Assembly (NCBI RefSeq): GCF_001194135.2
Contig: NC_068995.1
Location: 42,178,448 to 42,214,524 of the forward strand
Length of the DNA: 36,077 nucleotides
Direction of reading: 5' to 3'
Source of the DNA: Octopus bimaculoides
Taxonomy: Eukaryota
The notes below the pieces were generated by a model. That model saw only the letters and a list, made by a program, of their open reading frames with translations, was not told where the DNA came from and did no database searches. The position numbers were made by a program, and so were the translations under genes. Every line of letters starts with the position of its first letter. Position 1 is the first letter of the stretch. Positions 35,302-36,077 of the stretch are shown piece after piece.

Positions 35302-35839
35302 TCACATACTACAAGTCCAGCCCATACCAACCACATATGAGGACACTGCCACCAGAACAACAACTAATACAAGCATCACCACCACAAACAAACACAACTC
35401 GCCAATCAAGCTATCACAACAGAGCACTGCTATCATAAAAGGAAGATGTGCTGTTATTATAGTTCTCTCAGACAACTACAGCCATCACAGGCGGTACTGA
35501 TTGTATAGCCACCGCAGATCTACTACTACTAATACTACAACTATCACTTGCAGTAGTCATGTTACACACACCACACAACTAGTACTACTACTATTACTAC
35601 CCATCACTGCTGTTAGGTGAGAACAAGCTGGTGTCTTAAAGGGAAGCTCTACTGTTGTTAGTTATTCCGTCTCTAAACACAGGCAGACGTTTTCGTGTAA
35701 CAATATGGCTATATGGCAGCAGCAGCTTTGCAACATGTAATCGTTTGTACACACTGGATGTTGGCGATGGTGGTGCTGACATGTAAGTTGGTGAAGGTGC
35801 CTGTAATTGCATGTACGTGTATGCATGCGTACTACTATA

Positions 35840-35871
<32 letters not shown>

Positions 35872-35952
35872 CATACATATATTCTGTTGTGTCTGGGGAG
35901 AGTCATTTTCTTATTGTGCCTTAAAATTTAACACACTCACCGTTAAAATTTC

Positions 35953-36077
35953 CACTTATTTCTTATTTTTATTTTATTTTATTTTCCTAAAATTTTCGTT
36001 GCGTCTTGCAACCTTTTCAATAGTCAAGATTGCAAGACGCAACGAAAATTTTAGGAAAATAAAATAAGAAATAAGTG
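35953..36077. repeat. Long inverted repeat: 38-bp perfect arms, 18-nt loop, extends to the window end
   Basis: 35974-36011 is the exact reverse complement of 36030-36067; 35953-35963 pairs with 36067-36077. Confidence 0.95.

Overview
AT-rich, microsatellite-saturated eukaryotic scaffold with several N gaps. The SINE and LINE families and the repeat density look like an octopod cephalopod (Octopus sp.); this is inferred from repeat sequences I recall and was not verified by a search. Nearly all long ORFs in the supplied track are artefacts of (TA)n, (GA)n, (GT)n or (CAT)n arrays or N gaps. Supported content: about 25 SINE copies from four tRNA-derived families with shared or swapped modules; a 5'-truncated L1/Tx1-like LINE with target-site duplication (TSD), plus two 3'-UTR fragments; a decayed Tc1 transposase; a mariner C-terminal fragment; a hAT-type MITE; and a MITE with telomere-like repeats. 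The most interesting feature is a 521-bp-period partial tandem repeat at 7780-8541. It carries a minimal type I hammerhead ribozyme and a short terminal inversion, the layout of a Penelope-like element or non-LTR retrozyme. Further degenerate hammerhead-like motifs lie at 21590, 1142 and in the palindrome at the window end. A few low-confidence candidate exons, mostly on the minus strand, suggest the window may lie inside a large intron-rich gene that I could not identify.
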